From a virus: a stretch of 59,926 nt of DNA. The translations under genes and the position numbers were made by a program. The notes under the pieces were generated by a model. It did not search any database, was not told where the DNA came from, and was given only the letters and a program-made list of their open reading frames with translations. This document shows positions 1-8,475 of this stretch, one piece after another (position 1 is the first letter of the stretch; each line of letters begins with the position of its first letter). The stretch lies in IMG/VR virus record IMGVR_UViG_3300022205_000002. One strand, written 5' to 3'.

Positions 1-127
1 AAGAGGCATGATGTCGGCGGCCTTGTAAAGCTGACCGGTCTCATACATTGCGGATTTAATCTCTGCCGCAATCTGCGGAGTGAGCAAGAATCCGCCTTCA
101 CTAGATACCAAAGTATTAGAGCCAGAC
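1..127. repeat. Terminal direct repeat (contig-end overlap) identical to 59800-59926. Indicates a circular or circularly permuted genome.
   Basis: aagaggcatgatgtcggcgg...agtattagagccagac occurs exactly at both ends. The capsid reading frame is continuous across the join. Unique length is 59,799 bp. Confidence 0.95.
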
Positions 128-441
128 GGCGCTTTGATCTTCCAATTCTTTTCCAGCGCTTCAGCAAAATCAACTTTTACCTTCACGTCATTGGCGGCCT
201 TGGCCACCATGGTGAAAAACTGACCAGCGTCTTTAACAAACTCCGGCTCCGGCTCCTTCACTTCAATAGTGGTTTTGTCGGTATTAATATTTTTCTCGTT
301 CACGGTTTTATTAATGTCCTCAAGTTTCTTGTTGACTTCGTCTTTTACGGCTGCGATAGCGTCGGCCTGTTTCTTTCCCAAGACTTCAACAGTCTCCTCC
401 ATCGCTCCCTTGAGAACGCTTTCAAGTTCCTTTTTATCCAT
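1..441 (-). CDS. Major capsid protein, N-terminal part. The gene wraps the contig junction and continues at 59799..58975, about 421 aa in total.
   Basis: Minus-strand ATG at 441 with AAGGA about 11 nt upstream. I translated it by hand: MDKKELESVLKGAMEE...KAPSGSNTLVSSEGGFLLTPQ, with no stop down to base 1 and in phase with the 58975..59910 ORF. Confidence 0.85.
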   Translation of the reverse strand, partial: MDKKELESVLKGAMEETVEVLGKKQADAIAAVKDEVNKKLEDINKTVNEKNINTDKTTIEVKEPEPEFVKDAGQFFTMVAKAANDVKVKVDFAEALEKNWKIKAPSGSNTLVSSEGGFLLTPQIAAEIKSAMYETGQLYKAADIMPL

Positions 442-544
442 GTTAAATTAATCCTTACAATAAATTTATACTTGCATCTAATGCTCTAAAACATCGCCAA
501 TGCTGTAACTATGCGGCCTGATATTTTTCAATACCTCCAGCCAG

Positions 545-1981
545 TTAATCCAAAATTCCAAGTGAGCGCTTTATCTCACTATTAACAATGTCCTTAATAG
601 TATCAGCGCTCAATTGTTGATCACTTACTTTTTTTGTAAATCCTGATAATATTTCTTTTACATCATCAATACTTATTGTATCATGATTTTTATCCTCTAT
701 TTGCTCTTCGGTCATAATTTCTTTAGTTTGTGCGTCATCATCCTGTTTTACAACTTCAGGCTCCGCTTCCTTGCCTTCGACAAGGCTATTGATCATCGTC
801 GAGGCTTCGCTCATTTTCGATGATACACTTTTAAGCAATGTAATATTCTTGCCAGATAACTCGCGCCCAGCTTTTGCAATAACTTCTTCAGTTTCGCCTA
901 TTGCGTCAATGTAATCTCTATAAGATTTTCTAACGTATACTTCTTCAACCGCAACGGGATCAGTTAGAGTTACTGAATCGTTTTCCCTGCTATACGAATA
1001 ATCATAGTGCCAATATTTCGAACTGGTATCGTTAATAACAGCGTCGAATCCTATAATGCAAGAACCGCTAGTAGGCGTATTTGGGAAAATATCCTCAATG
1101 TAAACGTGGCGTTCACCTTCGGGAGTGCGCATTAACTCGGCCCTTATTTTCTCCATAATATCGAATATCGACATGAGGCCGCCAAGGCTTAGTCCCTTCA
1201 ATGTGGCTTCGGTGTAGCTTTTAATCGGGTGATCATCCGCCCATTTAACCGCCTTTTCCTTTGTCCAGCCATCGGATTTTGGGAAGCGGTAACTTTGCAG
1301 ACTTGTGGCAGTCTTGCCTTTTAGCTTGCCGATAATGCCGAATACTTTTGGCTTGTCTTTCTTTACTGTAATCCTGCGAAACGAATCCTTTTCAAACTCG
1401 CTTGGATTTTTAAGGCGTACTCTTATCTCGTTTTCGGTTTCTTCCGGCTCCGGTTTGTTAATAGCTATAATTTCCTTTAGCGCCGAATCTAGCGCTTTGG
1501 TTTTGATAGCGCCGCTGTTAACACGCTCTACAAGCGCATCGGGACAAGACGGGATCGAAACACAGGATATTTCAAGCAATTTAACGCTGTTATAAATTCT
1601 TTTAACTGTTTTTCCTTTCACCTCTTCCCATTCCAACGGCTGAAAGCCTACGCTAAAGGCATTCAACGCGCCCTCTTTGTATAGCTGATATACTTCTCTG
1701 CCCGCTTCCGTATCCGCAAATTTTGGTTTGAATAGTAGACCGTTGGCATTTGTTTTAGTCCACATTGCAGTTCCGACAGGCAGACGGCTATAATCATGGA
1801 ACAAAAGAATGATAGGATTCTTCTTGTATTCGTCTAGGTTCCACGCGTCGGCCTTGATTACCTCGCCGTCACGGTCTACGACTTCCTTCGACGCGTACGC
1901 TACAAAGCTGCGCTCCTTGTCGTTAAACTCTTTTTGCGTTACGCTGATATCTTCATCAGTGGTAATAAAAAATTTATCCAT
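545..1981 (-). CDS. Prohead serine protease (HK97/S78-like) with a ~300-aa C-terminal extension that may act as scaffold
   Basis: 478 aa. The N-terminal region FVAYASKEVVDRDGEVI...PIILLFHDYSRLPVGTA...NAFSVGFQP fits the HK97-family prohead protease pattern. It lies between the MuF-like and capsid genes, and no separate scaffold ORF is present. Confidence 0.8.
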   Translation of the reverse strand: MDKFFITTDEDISVTQKEFNDKERSFVAYASKEVVDRDGEVIKADAWNLDEYKKNPIILLFHDYSRLPVGTAMWTKTNANGLLFKPKFADTEAGREVYQLYKEGALNAFSVGFQPLEWEEVKGKTVKRIYNSVKLLEISCVSIPSCPDALVERVNSGAIKTKALDSALKEIIAINKPEPEETENEIRVRLKNPSEFEKDSFRRITVKKDKPKVFGIIGKLKGKTATSLQSYRFPKSDGWTKEKAVKWADDHPIKSYTEATLKGLSLGGLMSIFDIMEKIRAELMRTPEGERHVYIEDIFPNTPTSGSCIIGFDAVINDTSSKYWHYDYSYSRENDSVTLTDPVAVEEVYVRKSYRDYIDAIGETEEVIAKAGRELSGKNITLLKSVSSKMSEASTMINSLVEGKEAEPEVVKQDDDAQTKEIMTEEQIEDKNHDTISIDDVKEILSGFTKKVSDQQLSADTIKDIVNSEIKRSLGILD

Positions 1982-1989
1982 TATTTATC

Positions 1990-2787
1990 CTAATCAATAA
2001 TTGCTATTGTTGTACATCTACAATTTATAATATTGCCAGCGGAGCCGCTTGGATCGCCGGGAAACATTAGTATCTCACCGCCTACATTAAATCCTTTATC
2101 GACGCGAGCTATCATCATATGAGCGTCGGCGTGGTCTGGCCTGTCACGTCCATCAAGCGTAGCCAACCATTGATTTTTTTCAATGTCATTTTGTCTGTAT
2201 GTCTCATATGATGTACCGTTGTAAGTTCCTATAACTTCGGTTCTTGCTATAGTAGTAGCCCTGTAGTTACTTGCATCGTCAAATACTGACTGTATACGCA
2301 TTGCCATAAGGTTAATACTATCGCCCGCATCGATGCCGCGCTGTAATTGCAGTTTGATAGCGTCTTCAGTAGTTATATTTATATCTACTATTTTATCTAA
2401 TTTATTATACATCATTTTTAAAACGTCGGGATTCAGTATATCGAATGAACCACTTAATATCTGCGCTGTAGCGGCTCCGGACGTTAATACAATGTCGTTA
2501 TAGATATCGTCAAGTGTTTCCTTAAGCAAATCAGCCCAATACTTTTTATCAGCAAGCGCGCGTTCCGCATCTTCAATTGACTTTGATTTACGATGTAGCG
2601 CTTTTAGCGTCGCCGCTTCTTGCTCTTTGAAATAAACGCGTAATTGCTTGATGAATTGCTTTTCAAACTTGCTGGTGTTCTTATCGAATGACTTCGTATG
2701 AGCATTGAAAAAGCTAGCGAGTTCTTTAGATATAGAGCTAGCTATAAGCGTTTCCAACGATATGTTATGAATCTGACAGCTTGCCAT
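1990..2787 (-). CDS. Head morphogenesis protein, SPP1 gp7 / Mu F family
   Basis: 265 aa. The C-terminal ARTEVIGTYNG...DGRDRPDHADAH...NCRCTTIAI signature matches this family. It lies directly after the portal gene. Confidence 0.8.
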   Translation of the reverse strand: MASCQIHNISLETLIASSISKELASFFNAHTKSFDKNTSKFEKQFIKQLRVYFKEQEAATLKALHRKSKSIEDAERALADKKYWADLLKETLDDIYNDIVLTSGAATAQILSGSFDILNPDVLKMMYNKLDKIVDINITTEDAIKLQLQRGIDAGDSINLMAMRIQSVFDDASNYRATTIARTEVIGTYNGTSYETYRQNDIEKNQWLATLDGRDRPDHADAHMMIARVDKGFNVGGEILMFPGDPSGSAGNIINCRCTTIAIID

Positions 2788-4159
2788 ACATCATTTCTCG
2801 TACTTGTTTAGCTACAGATTTAGCGTAACCCTTTGCGCCTTCTTCGGAACCAATGTTAATATTACCGGTGCTTTGAAACGGTGGCACAACGTCACCTTGA
2901 TCCGGCGGTAAAGGCTCCAAGCCGTCACGGCTGCGCAATTCATTACGAGTACGCAAGCCTGTGCGTATTAGGCTTACATCCTCTTTAAGTTTGTACTCCT
3001 TGTCCTCTGGTATTGGATTATCATAAGCCGCCACAATACGCGAATCAAAATCAGGGATAAGTTTCTCGTTTAGTTTCTCTTGCTCTATTATCAGGTTGGG
3101 ATAAATAGTATCTCGCAAGAACTGCGTATCCGCCGCGTCGGTATTGGCTTTGATAAGTGACGGGTCAAACTTGGTAATCGGTACGCCATATACTCCAGCT
3201 ATAGTGTTTCTTACTTGTATATCGCTTTCAATGTAGTGCAGTTCCTGCGGGGTCATCGTTAACTTGTACGGCTCTAATCCGTTTGACAGTATCGCAGGTT
3301 CACCAGAGCGGCCAGACATGAAACTATACTTTTCTTTCCATCGCTGGATGATGCGCTCAGCTTCCACGTCATTGATACGATCATTCAGCTTCAACACTAC
3401 TTCGGGTATAGCCTTGTTATAGAATAAATCCCTGTTGAATTTATCCATGTAATACTGGAGCGTCACGGTATCGACTATAGCGGCCATTGGTGATTGACCA
3501 TAGAACAAATCACCCGGCGTGTGATTCTTGAAGTGTATTACTTCGCTTTCATCGAAAAAAGTAACGTCTGCGCCATTACGCAATTCATACCCTGCTATGA
3601 ATTTTTCCTTGCTTGGTATTACTCGCATGTTAGGAACTGGAAGCGGCCAAAGCTTTACAGGTCTACCAGCGCCGTTCTTGACTTTGTACCAATACGCGTT
3701 ACCGGTCAAGCTGTACGCTTTCCATTTAAGCATTTTCAAGTCCATCTCGTTCATATGATCGTTGACGTTCTTGAGTAGCTCATATATCGGATGGTCTGTA
3801 AGCTGTACTAACTCGCCTGATTTTCTAAGTAGACGATTGACGGATGGATTATGCGCTTCAAGCCATTCCGCTTGTTTCTTTGAAACGCTTTTATGATTGA
3901 ATATTCTTACTTTGTTATTAGCGCTTTTCATTGTGTAGAGTTTAAGCGGTACAGTACTGGCCGCCACTGCTATTAACTCAACGCAACGATATACCCATTT
4001 AATATTGGATTCTATTTGCGCTTGGAAATCTTGACTGCTGTATATGGGCCTGCCTTCCCCCCAACTCGGGATATAGGCAGCGCCTACTCTGGAATCTAGA
4101 GTTGAACTATTTGAACTGGATGAAGCTTTACTATTAAAAATTTTATCGAATAGCCACAT
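2765..4159 (-). CDS. Portal protein (HK97-family-like)
   Basis: 464 aa. Called from its position immediately downstream of terL, its size and its portal-like sequence character. Confidence 0.75.
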   Translation of the reverse strand: MWLFDKIFNSKASSSSNSSTLDSRVGAAYIPSWGEGRPIYSSQDFQAQIESNIKWVYRCVELIAVAASTVPLKLYTMKSANNKVRIFNHKSVSKKQAEWLEAHNPSVNRLLRKSGELVQLTDHPIYELLKNVNDHMNEMDLKMLKWKAYSLTGNAYWYKVKNGAGRPVKLWPLPVPNMRVIPSKEKFIAGYELRNGADVTFFDESEVIHFKNHTPGDLFYGQSPMAAIVDTVTLQYYMDKFNRDLFYNKAIPEVVLKLNDRINDVEAERIIQRWKEKYSFMSGRSGEPAILSNGLEPYKLTMTPQELHYIESDIQVRNTIAGVYGVPITKFDPSLIKANTDAADTQFLRDTIYPNLIIEQEKLNEKLIPDFDSRIVAAYDNPIPEDKEYKLKEDVSLIRTGLRTRNELRSRDGLEPLPPDQGDVVPPFQSTGNINIGSEEGAKGYAKSVAKQVREMMYGKLSDS

Positions 4160-4218
4160 TTAATATCTTCAATGTTATAAGTTTAATGTATTATAACATA
4201 AAAAACTTTACTTAAATA

Positions 4219-5586
4219 TCAGTATATAAAAGTTCTATCGCGAAGATAATTAAGCCCATGGACAAACGCATCCACTTGATCGTCGTGCGGCGCTCGCGGG
4301 AAGCGCTCCAGTTCTTCAACAAAGTCATTTAACCAATGCGCCTGTTTCGGTAATAATACGTTGCCGGTCTCTACCATTGTACTAACAGCATTCGCTCGCG
4401 CCTCTTTATCAGTATCAGCTTTTACCGCCTTGACCGGTATCAGTGTTGAATCCTTTAAATCTTGTATCAAGCTTTGTCCGCTTGCCTTGTCCTCTATTAA
4501 AGTAACGAATGGATTGTATTGCTCCACCAATGCTAGAAACTCACGCTTCAATTCCGGGAAGTCGCAACGCTTGCGCAATACGTGGACAACGTATATTTTA
4601 TTTTCTGATTTGATGAACACAACTCCGACGCTGTAATCATTGCTTGCGCCTTTTTTAAACGCAGTATCCCATGATATTACGATGTTATCTATTTTTTCTT
4701 TTGGCAGTTGATCGTAGTAATTCCAGTATGAGCGCTTGAATATTGCGCCCTCCTCGGCTATAGGCTTGCCCTGAAATAACCCGGCAAATTCTTTGCCCAG
4801 AATAGTTTTAAGTTTTAATAGCTTTTCAATCGGGTATCGATCAGGACAAAGCGCTTCACCTTCTGCCCTGCCCAACGGGTCATCCTTTTCCGCTATCGCC
4901 GGTAAATTTATAACCGTGTAATTGGCCGCGTCTTCACTATCCAGTATCTTGCCCACAAGATCGCTATAGTTCCAGCGTGTCATTGTTATGACTAACCGCG
5001 CGTCCGGCTCAAGCCTTGTAAACAAGTCGTCAGTGAACCAGTCATATATTTTTTCTTGATATATCTTGCTGTCCGCCTCTTCCCTGTTTTTAACTGGATC
5101 GTCTATCAAGACTAAATCGCCGCCTTCGCCTGTCACACCGCCGCCAACGCCAACGGCGAGTAAGCCACCGCCAGACATGGTGTCCCATTCATTGACGGCC
5201 TTACGGTCTTTTGACAACGCTACAAGCGGCGCTACTATAGCTTTTATCTTGCGTGAAAATTTATTGGCTCGTGTCTGGTTATAAGCCGCTATGATTACGC
5301 GCTTATCCGGATGCTCAACTAAAAACTTGGCCGCAAGTCTGATTGTGATAGTTTCGGTTTTGCTATGGCGGGGCGGAGTGCTGAATATTACTTGCTTTAA
5401 ATCGCCAGACAGGATGCGCTCAAGATAAGGATATAAATATAACTGGTGTTTCCAATCCCATATCCAACTAGTGCCATCGTTGTTTATAGGGCTAGTGCGA
5501 ATGCAAAAATCCTGATATGATTCCGTTGTTTTACTCGCAGGCGATAAACCGTCTATCACCTGCTGCAATGATTCCAGTAGTAGCAT
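4219..5586 (-). CDS. terL: Terminase large subunit
   Basis: 455 aa. Walker-A-like STPPRHSKTE, Walker-B LVLIDDP, and the C-terminal RNaseH-like nuclease motifs IEDKASGQS and HDDQVDAF. Confidence 0.9.
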   Translation of the reverse strand: MLLLESLQQVIDGLSPASKTTESYQDFCIRTSPINNDGTSWIWDWKHQLYLYPYLERILSGDLKQVIFSTPPRHSKTETITIRLAAKFLVEHPDKRVIIAAYNQTRANKFSRKIKAIVAPLVALSKDRKAVNEWDTMSGGGLLAVGVGGGVTGEGGDLVLIDDPVKNREEADSKIYQEKIYDWFTDDLFTRLEPDARLVITMTRWNYSDLVGKILDSEDAANYTVINLPAIAEKDDPLGRAEGEALCPDRYPIEKLLKLKTILGKEFAGLFQGKPIAEEGAIFKRSYWNYYDQLPKEKIDNIVISWDTAFKKGASNDYSVGVVFIKSENKIYVVHVLRKRCDFPELKREFLALVEQYNPFVTLIEDKASGQSLIQDLKDSTLIPVKAVKADTDKEARANAVSTMVETGNVLLPKQAHWLNDFVEELERFPRAPHDDQVDAFVHGLNYLRDRTFIY

Positions 5587-5591
5587 TTATA

Positions 5592-6269
5592 CTATTGTTC
5601 AAGCGGCTTTGACAAGCGCCCCATTAAACCGGTCAAGCCTGTAGCGATGTTTTCAAGTGTAGACGTGTCATTAACGTTGTCTTTGATCACGTTTACAATA
5701 TGCGCCATGAGCGTGCTTGCTTGCGTTGTCGTGATTATCTGTCCCATCTCAACATAACGCTTGCGCTCCGACTCTACAAGCTTCTTGCGTTGCTCTGCTA
5801 CCAGATAGACTTCCTGCCATACTTTATAATCTTTGTATCCGTCATTCACTATGCTGAAAATACGCTCTAATTCCGTGTCTAAGGCGTTTTCATTTTCGGC
5901 CTTATATTTCTTCACGGATCGTTGTAACTCTTGCCACAACGCGCCTGACTCGCCTACATCCAGCGATCCAAACAGTTCTATCAACCTGCTATCGATTAAG
6001 CCTATCTCATTACGCAGTGTAAGAAGTTCGGTATCATTTAACGCGGTCTCGTAATTTTCTAAAAGTCGCTTCGGTAAAAACTTTGAGTACTTGCCGTGTT
6101 TAAAGCTTGGGTGACTTGGACCACCTGCCAGACTTTCACCACCGTGAAGACGGCAAACATTACGGCCAACCGATGCGGCGCGGCCACATTGCTTCCCTGT
6201 TTGTCTTGTGCGGGCTTTACATTGATTTTTTAAAATTCGTTTTCGCTTCGGCTTATTTTCGTCGGGCAT
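5592..6269 (-). CDS. Putative terminase small subunit / DNA-recognition protein
   Basis: 225 aa. It is the first gene of the late arm, directly upstream of terL. The N-terminus is basic and Cys-rich (CKARTRQTGKQCGRAASVGRNVCRLHGG) and the rest is helical. The assignment rests on position only. Confidence 0.4.
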   Translation of the reverse strand: MPDENKPKRKRILKNQCKARTRQTGKQCGRAASVGRNVCRLHGGESLAGGPSHPSFKHGKYSKFLPKRLLENYETALNDTELLTLRNEIGLIDSRLIELFGSLDVGESGALWQELQRSVKKYKAENENALDTELERIFSIVNDGYKDYKVWQEVYLVAEQRKKLVESERKRYVEMGQIITTTQASTLMAHIVNVIKDNVNDTSTLENIATGLTGLMGRLSKPLEQ

Positions 6270-6354
6270 ACACTCTCACTATTCACATATAGACTAAAGG
6301 TTATGATACTAGTATAACCTAAAAGTTATGGATAGAAAAATTTATTTTTTATTG

Positions 6355-6385
6355 TTGACAACGTGGGCGGGTTCTGTGCTATACT
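6355..6385 (+). promoter_or_regulatory. Sigma70-like promoter candidate facing the non-coding hub
   Basis: TTGACA (6355-6360), a 19-nt spacer, then an extended -10 TGcTATACT (6377-6385). The spacer is longer than optimal and no plus-strand ORF lies downstream. Confidence 0.25.
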
Positions 6386-6420
6386 TCATTTTGTTGTTAC
6401 GCGAATAAAATAACTAAGAC

Positions 6421-6612
6421 ATATTGCATAATATTGCATAATATTTCATATTGGCAACATATTGGCATGCCAATATGAATCAACCCATTGAAAACTAAAA
6501 AGTTAAGCCCCGATTTTTGCCTGTATATTGGCATACTATATATATAGGGCAAAAAGAAAAATAAAAAAATTTTTTTTCAAAACTGCCAATATGCCAATAT
6601 GCCAATATGATA
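6421..6612. promoter_or_regulatory. Motif cluster of hub 1: ATATTGCATA direct repeats, ATATTGGCA/TGCCAATAT sites in both orientations, an A/T tract, and a 3x TGCCAATA tandem
   Basis: ATATTGCATA x2 plus ATATTTCATA at 6421-6450. ATATTGGCA at 6448, 6459 and 6525. Perfect palindrome CATATTGGCATGCCAATATG at 6458-6477. TGCCAATA x3 with 8-nt period at 6584-6608. Bases 6535-6610 are about 85-90% identical to 39657-39733. Confidence 0.6.
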
Positions 6613-6655
6613 GCCTCTAACCTATTATATATAAAGGGATTAACTCATATTGGCT

Positions 6656-6750
6656 CCATATTACTACTATTATTACCGCCTTTTTTGAACACTATCGTAT
6701 TGAAAATAAAAGCCTTTTAGTTTTATCACCCATATTACTACTATTATTAC
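6656..6750. repeat. Pair of 21-bp direct repeats, CCATATTACTACTATTATTAC
   Basis: Exact copies at 6656-6676 and 6730-6750, inside the 575-bp non-coding hub. Confidence 0.85.
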
Positions 6751-6865
6751 TTTTAGTCAAAACCAACAAAAAAGCGTAAATAAAACAAACATCACGCTCT
6801 ATCTACGCTTATCCTACCGGATTAGTAGGAATTCTTTAATCCCACTCTAAAGGGCCTAATTTCTC

Positions 6866-7285
6866 TCACTCTGCCAAAATCTCTATTAGTTTACGCTCCA
6901 GCGCGCACAATATTTTTTGATTGTAGACACCTCCAGCAACACGAGAAGATTGTATTTCATTTAAAACTTCCCTTAACCCAGCACAATAACCATCAGTATA
7001 ACTACCATGTGGAGTATAATCCGTTGTGGGTTCATCGCCTAAATAACGCCTAGTTTGATCTTCGATTACACCGCCGGTAGCGTATCTACTAGTATAAATA
7101 TCATTGATAGCAGACCTAAGATTTTTTATATGACGGTAAAGTACATACATCAATAGACCGCCAATTATTACAACTACCATGAGCATAAAAATATCATAAG
7201 CCATCATCTTTTGTGTGTCCACTATCATATCTAAATCACCAAGTAACTCATGTAATTTTTTGCTTATCTCTTCTTCAGTCTTCAT
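6866..7285 (-). CDS. Hypothetical membrane protein (139 aa)
   Basis: One central hydrophobic helix, FMLMVVVIIGGLLMYVLY. It is the last gene of the early arm. Confidence 0.55.
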   Translation of the reverse strand: MKTEEEISKKLHELLGDLDMIVDTQKMMAYDIFMLMVVVIIGGLLMYVLYRHIKNLRSAINDIYTSRYATGGVIEDQTRRYLGDEPTTDYTPHGSYTDGYCAGLREVLNEIQSSRVAGGVYNQKILCALERKLIEILAE

Positions 7286-7307
7286 AGCTAAACGTCCTCT
7301 TTTTAGT

Positions 7308-7784
7308 TTAATCGTCGTCTTGTGTAAATTTCCCCCACACCAGATAAGCTAAAGCTTCTGAATATTTATCGTATAATGGCCCTTTTTTAACTTTAAAGCT
7401 ATTCATATTATCCATGATATCCTCTATTTTTATCGGCTTAGTGACCGCGTTATTGCTAACAATATTCAAATATTCCATGTAATCCTGCCCCGATTTTCTA
7501 GTTAGAATGTCAACATCTTTCGCGACTTCATCACTAAATAATTCATTTAAGTGTTCTATAGTCAAGTCTGTATCCTCTACCACATCATGTAATAGCGCAA
7601 CCGTAGCAACATAATATTGCTTGCTCACTATAAATTTACGTGCGACCCTGACGGGGTGAATCACATACGGCAGCCCAGCGTCCAGACTTCCGCAGGGCAC
7701 ATTTCGCCGCTTCTGTCCGTCATGCTTTTTAATTACCAGTTCCAATGCATCTAACATCATGGAAATATAATCACTATTTTTCAT
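7308..7784 (-). CDS. HD-domain protein, small alarmone ((p)ppGpp/(p)ppApp) hydrolase-like (RelA/SpoT hydrolase family)
   Basis: 158 aa. HDGQKRR...PYVIHPVRVA...ALLHDVVEDTDLT...FSDEVAKDVDILTRK matches the SpoT/Mesh1-type HD hydrolase motif order. Confidence 0.7.
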   Translation of the reverse strand: MKNSDYISMMLDALELVIKKHDGQKRRNVPCGSLDAGLPYVIHPVRVARKFIVSKQYYVATVALLHDVVEDTDLTIEHLNELFSDEVAKDVDILTRKSGQDYMEYLNIVSNNAVTKPIKIEDIMDNMNSFKVKKGPLYDKYSEALAYLVWGKFTQDDD

Positions 7785-8008
7785 ACATCCTCCTCTTCAA
7801 TAATCAATGTCACATTGATTTTCCTTACAGGCAATTCATCTGGATGCCAAAATTCCTCTTCACTTTTAGAAAGCTGCCCAGTATACATATGATCTATAAA
7901 GATGGCATGCTCAAGATCCTCAGCATCCACAGTAACACTATCCTCCATCACAGTATTTTTCGCAATATATCCCGTGAACGTTTTCTTTACCAGCTGTTTA
8001 GTCTTCAT
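7781..8008 (-). CDS. Hypothetical protein (75 aa), paralog of 8011..8241
   Basis: MKTKQLVKKTFTGYIAKN... versus MASKQLVKKTFIGYIAKH..., and both end ...KI(N/K)VTLI(I/V)EE. A tandem duplicate. Confidence 0.6.
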   Translation of the reverse strand: MKTKQLVKKTFTGYIAKNTVMEDSVTVDAEDLEHAIFIDHMYTGQLSKSEEEFWHPDELPVRKINVTLIIEEEDV

Positions 8009-8010
8009 AG

Positions 8011-8241
8011 CTAAACCTCCTCAACAATCAATGTTACCTTGATTTTTCTCGCTGGCACATCGTCGGGATGCTGAAATTTATCCTTGCTTTTATAAAGCGG
8101 TCTAACATACGCACTATTTATTGTAAAGATAGCGTACTCACAGTTTTTTATATCAACTACCACAGTATCACTGTCTTCCACCACAACATGCTTTGCAATG
8201 TACCCTATGAACGTTTTCTTTACCAGCTGTTTACTTGCCAT
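8011..8241 (-). CDS. Hypothetical protein (76 aa), paralog of 7781..8008
   Basis: Tandem duplicate, as described for 7781..8008. Confidence 0.6.
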   Translation of the reverse strand: MASKQLVKKTFIGYIAKHVVVEDSDTVVVDIKNCEYAIFTINSAYVRPLYKSKDKFQHPDDVPARKIKVTLIVEEV

Positions 8242-8250
8242 AATATATCC

Positions 8251-8475
8251 TTACCTCCTTAAACCAATTTTATTACCGTCCTCTTTCCATTCCGTCATAT
8301 CAAGAACCCAACTAAGCGCTTTAAACTGCTCAAGCTTAACCTTGCAGGAATTGCGCAGCGCCGCCGATGTAGTGTAATGTCCTCTTTTAAGCATGTCATC
8401 CTGTAAGATCATGCCTTTTTCTATGTACTCTTTTAGTTCATCGATTTTGTCACTCACTTCTTTTTTAGTTTTCAT
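8251..8475 (-). CDS. Hypothetical protein (74 aa)
   Basis: ORF in the co-directional gene chain. No motif recognised. Confidence 0.5.
   Translation of the reverse strand: MKTKKEVSDKIDELKEYIEKGMILQDDMLKRGHYTTSAALRNSCKVKLEQFKALSWVLDMTEWKEDGNKIGLRR

Noticed and set aside
1-127. The 127-bp terminal repeat as biological direct terminal repeats
   Set aside because: An exact end overlap of this size is what assemblers produce for circular or permuted molecules. It falls in the middle of the capsid gene, which is an implausible place for physical genome ends. Read-terminus data would be needed to say more.
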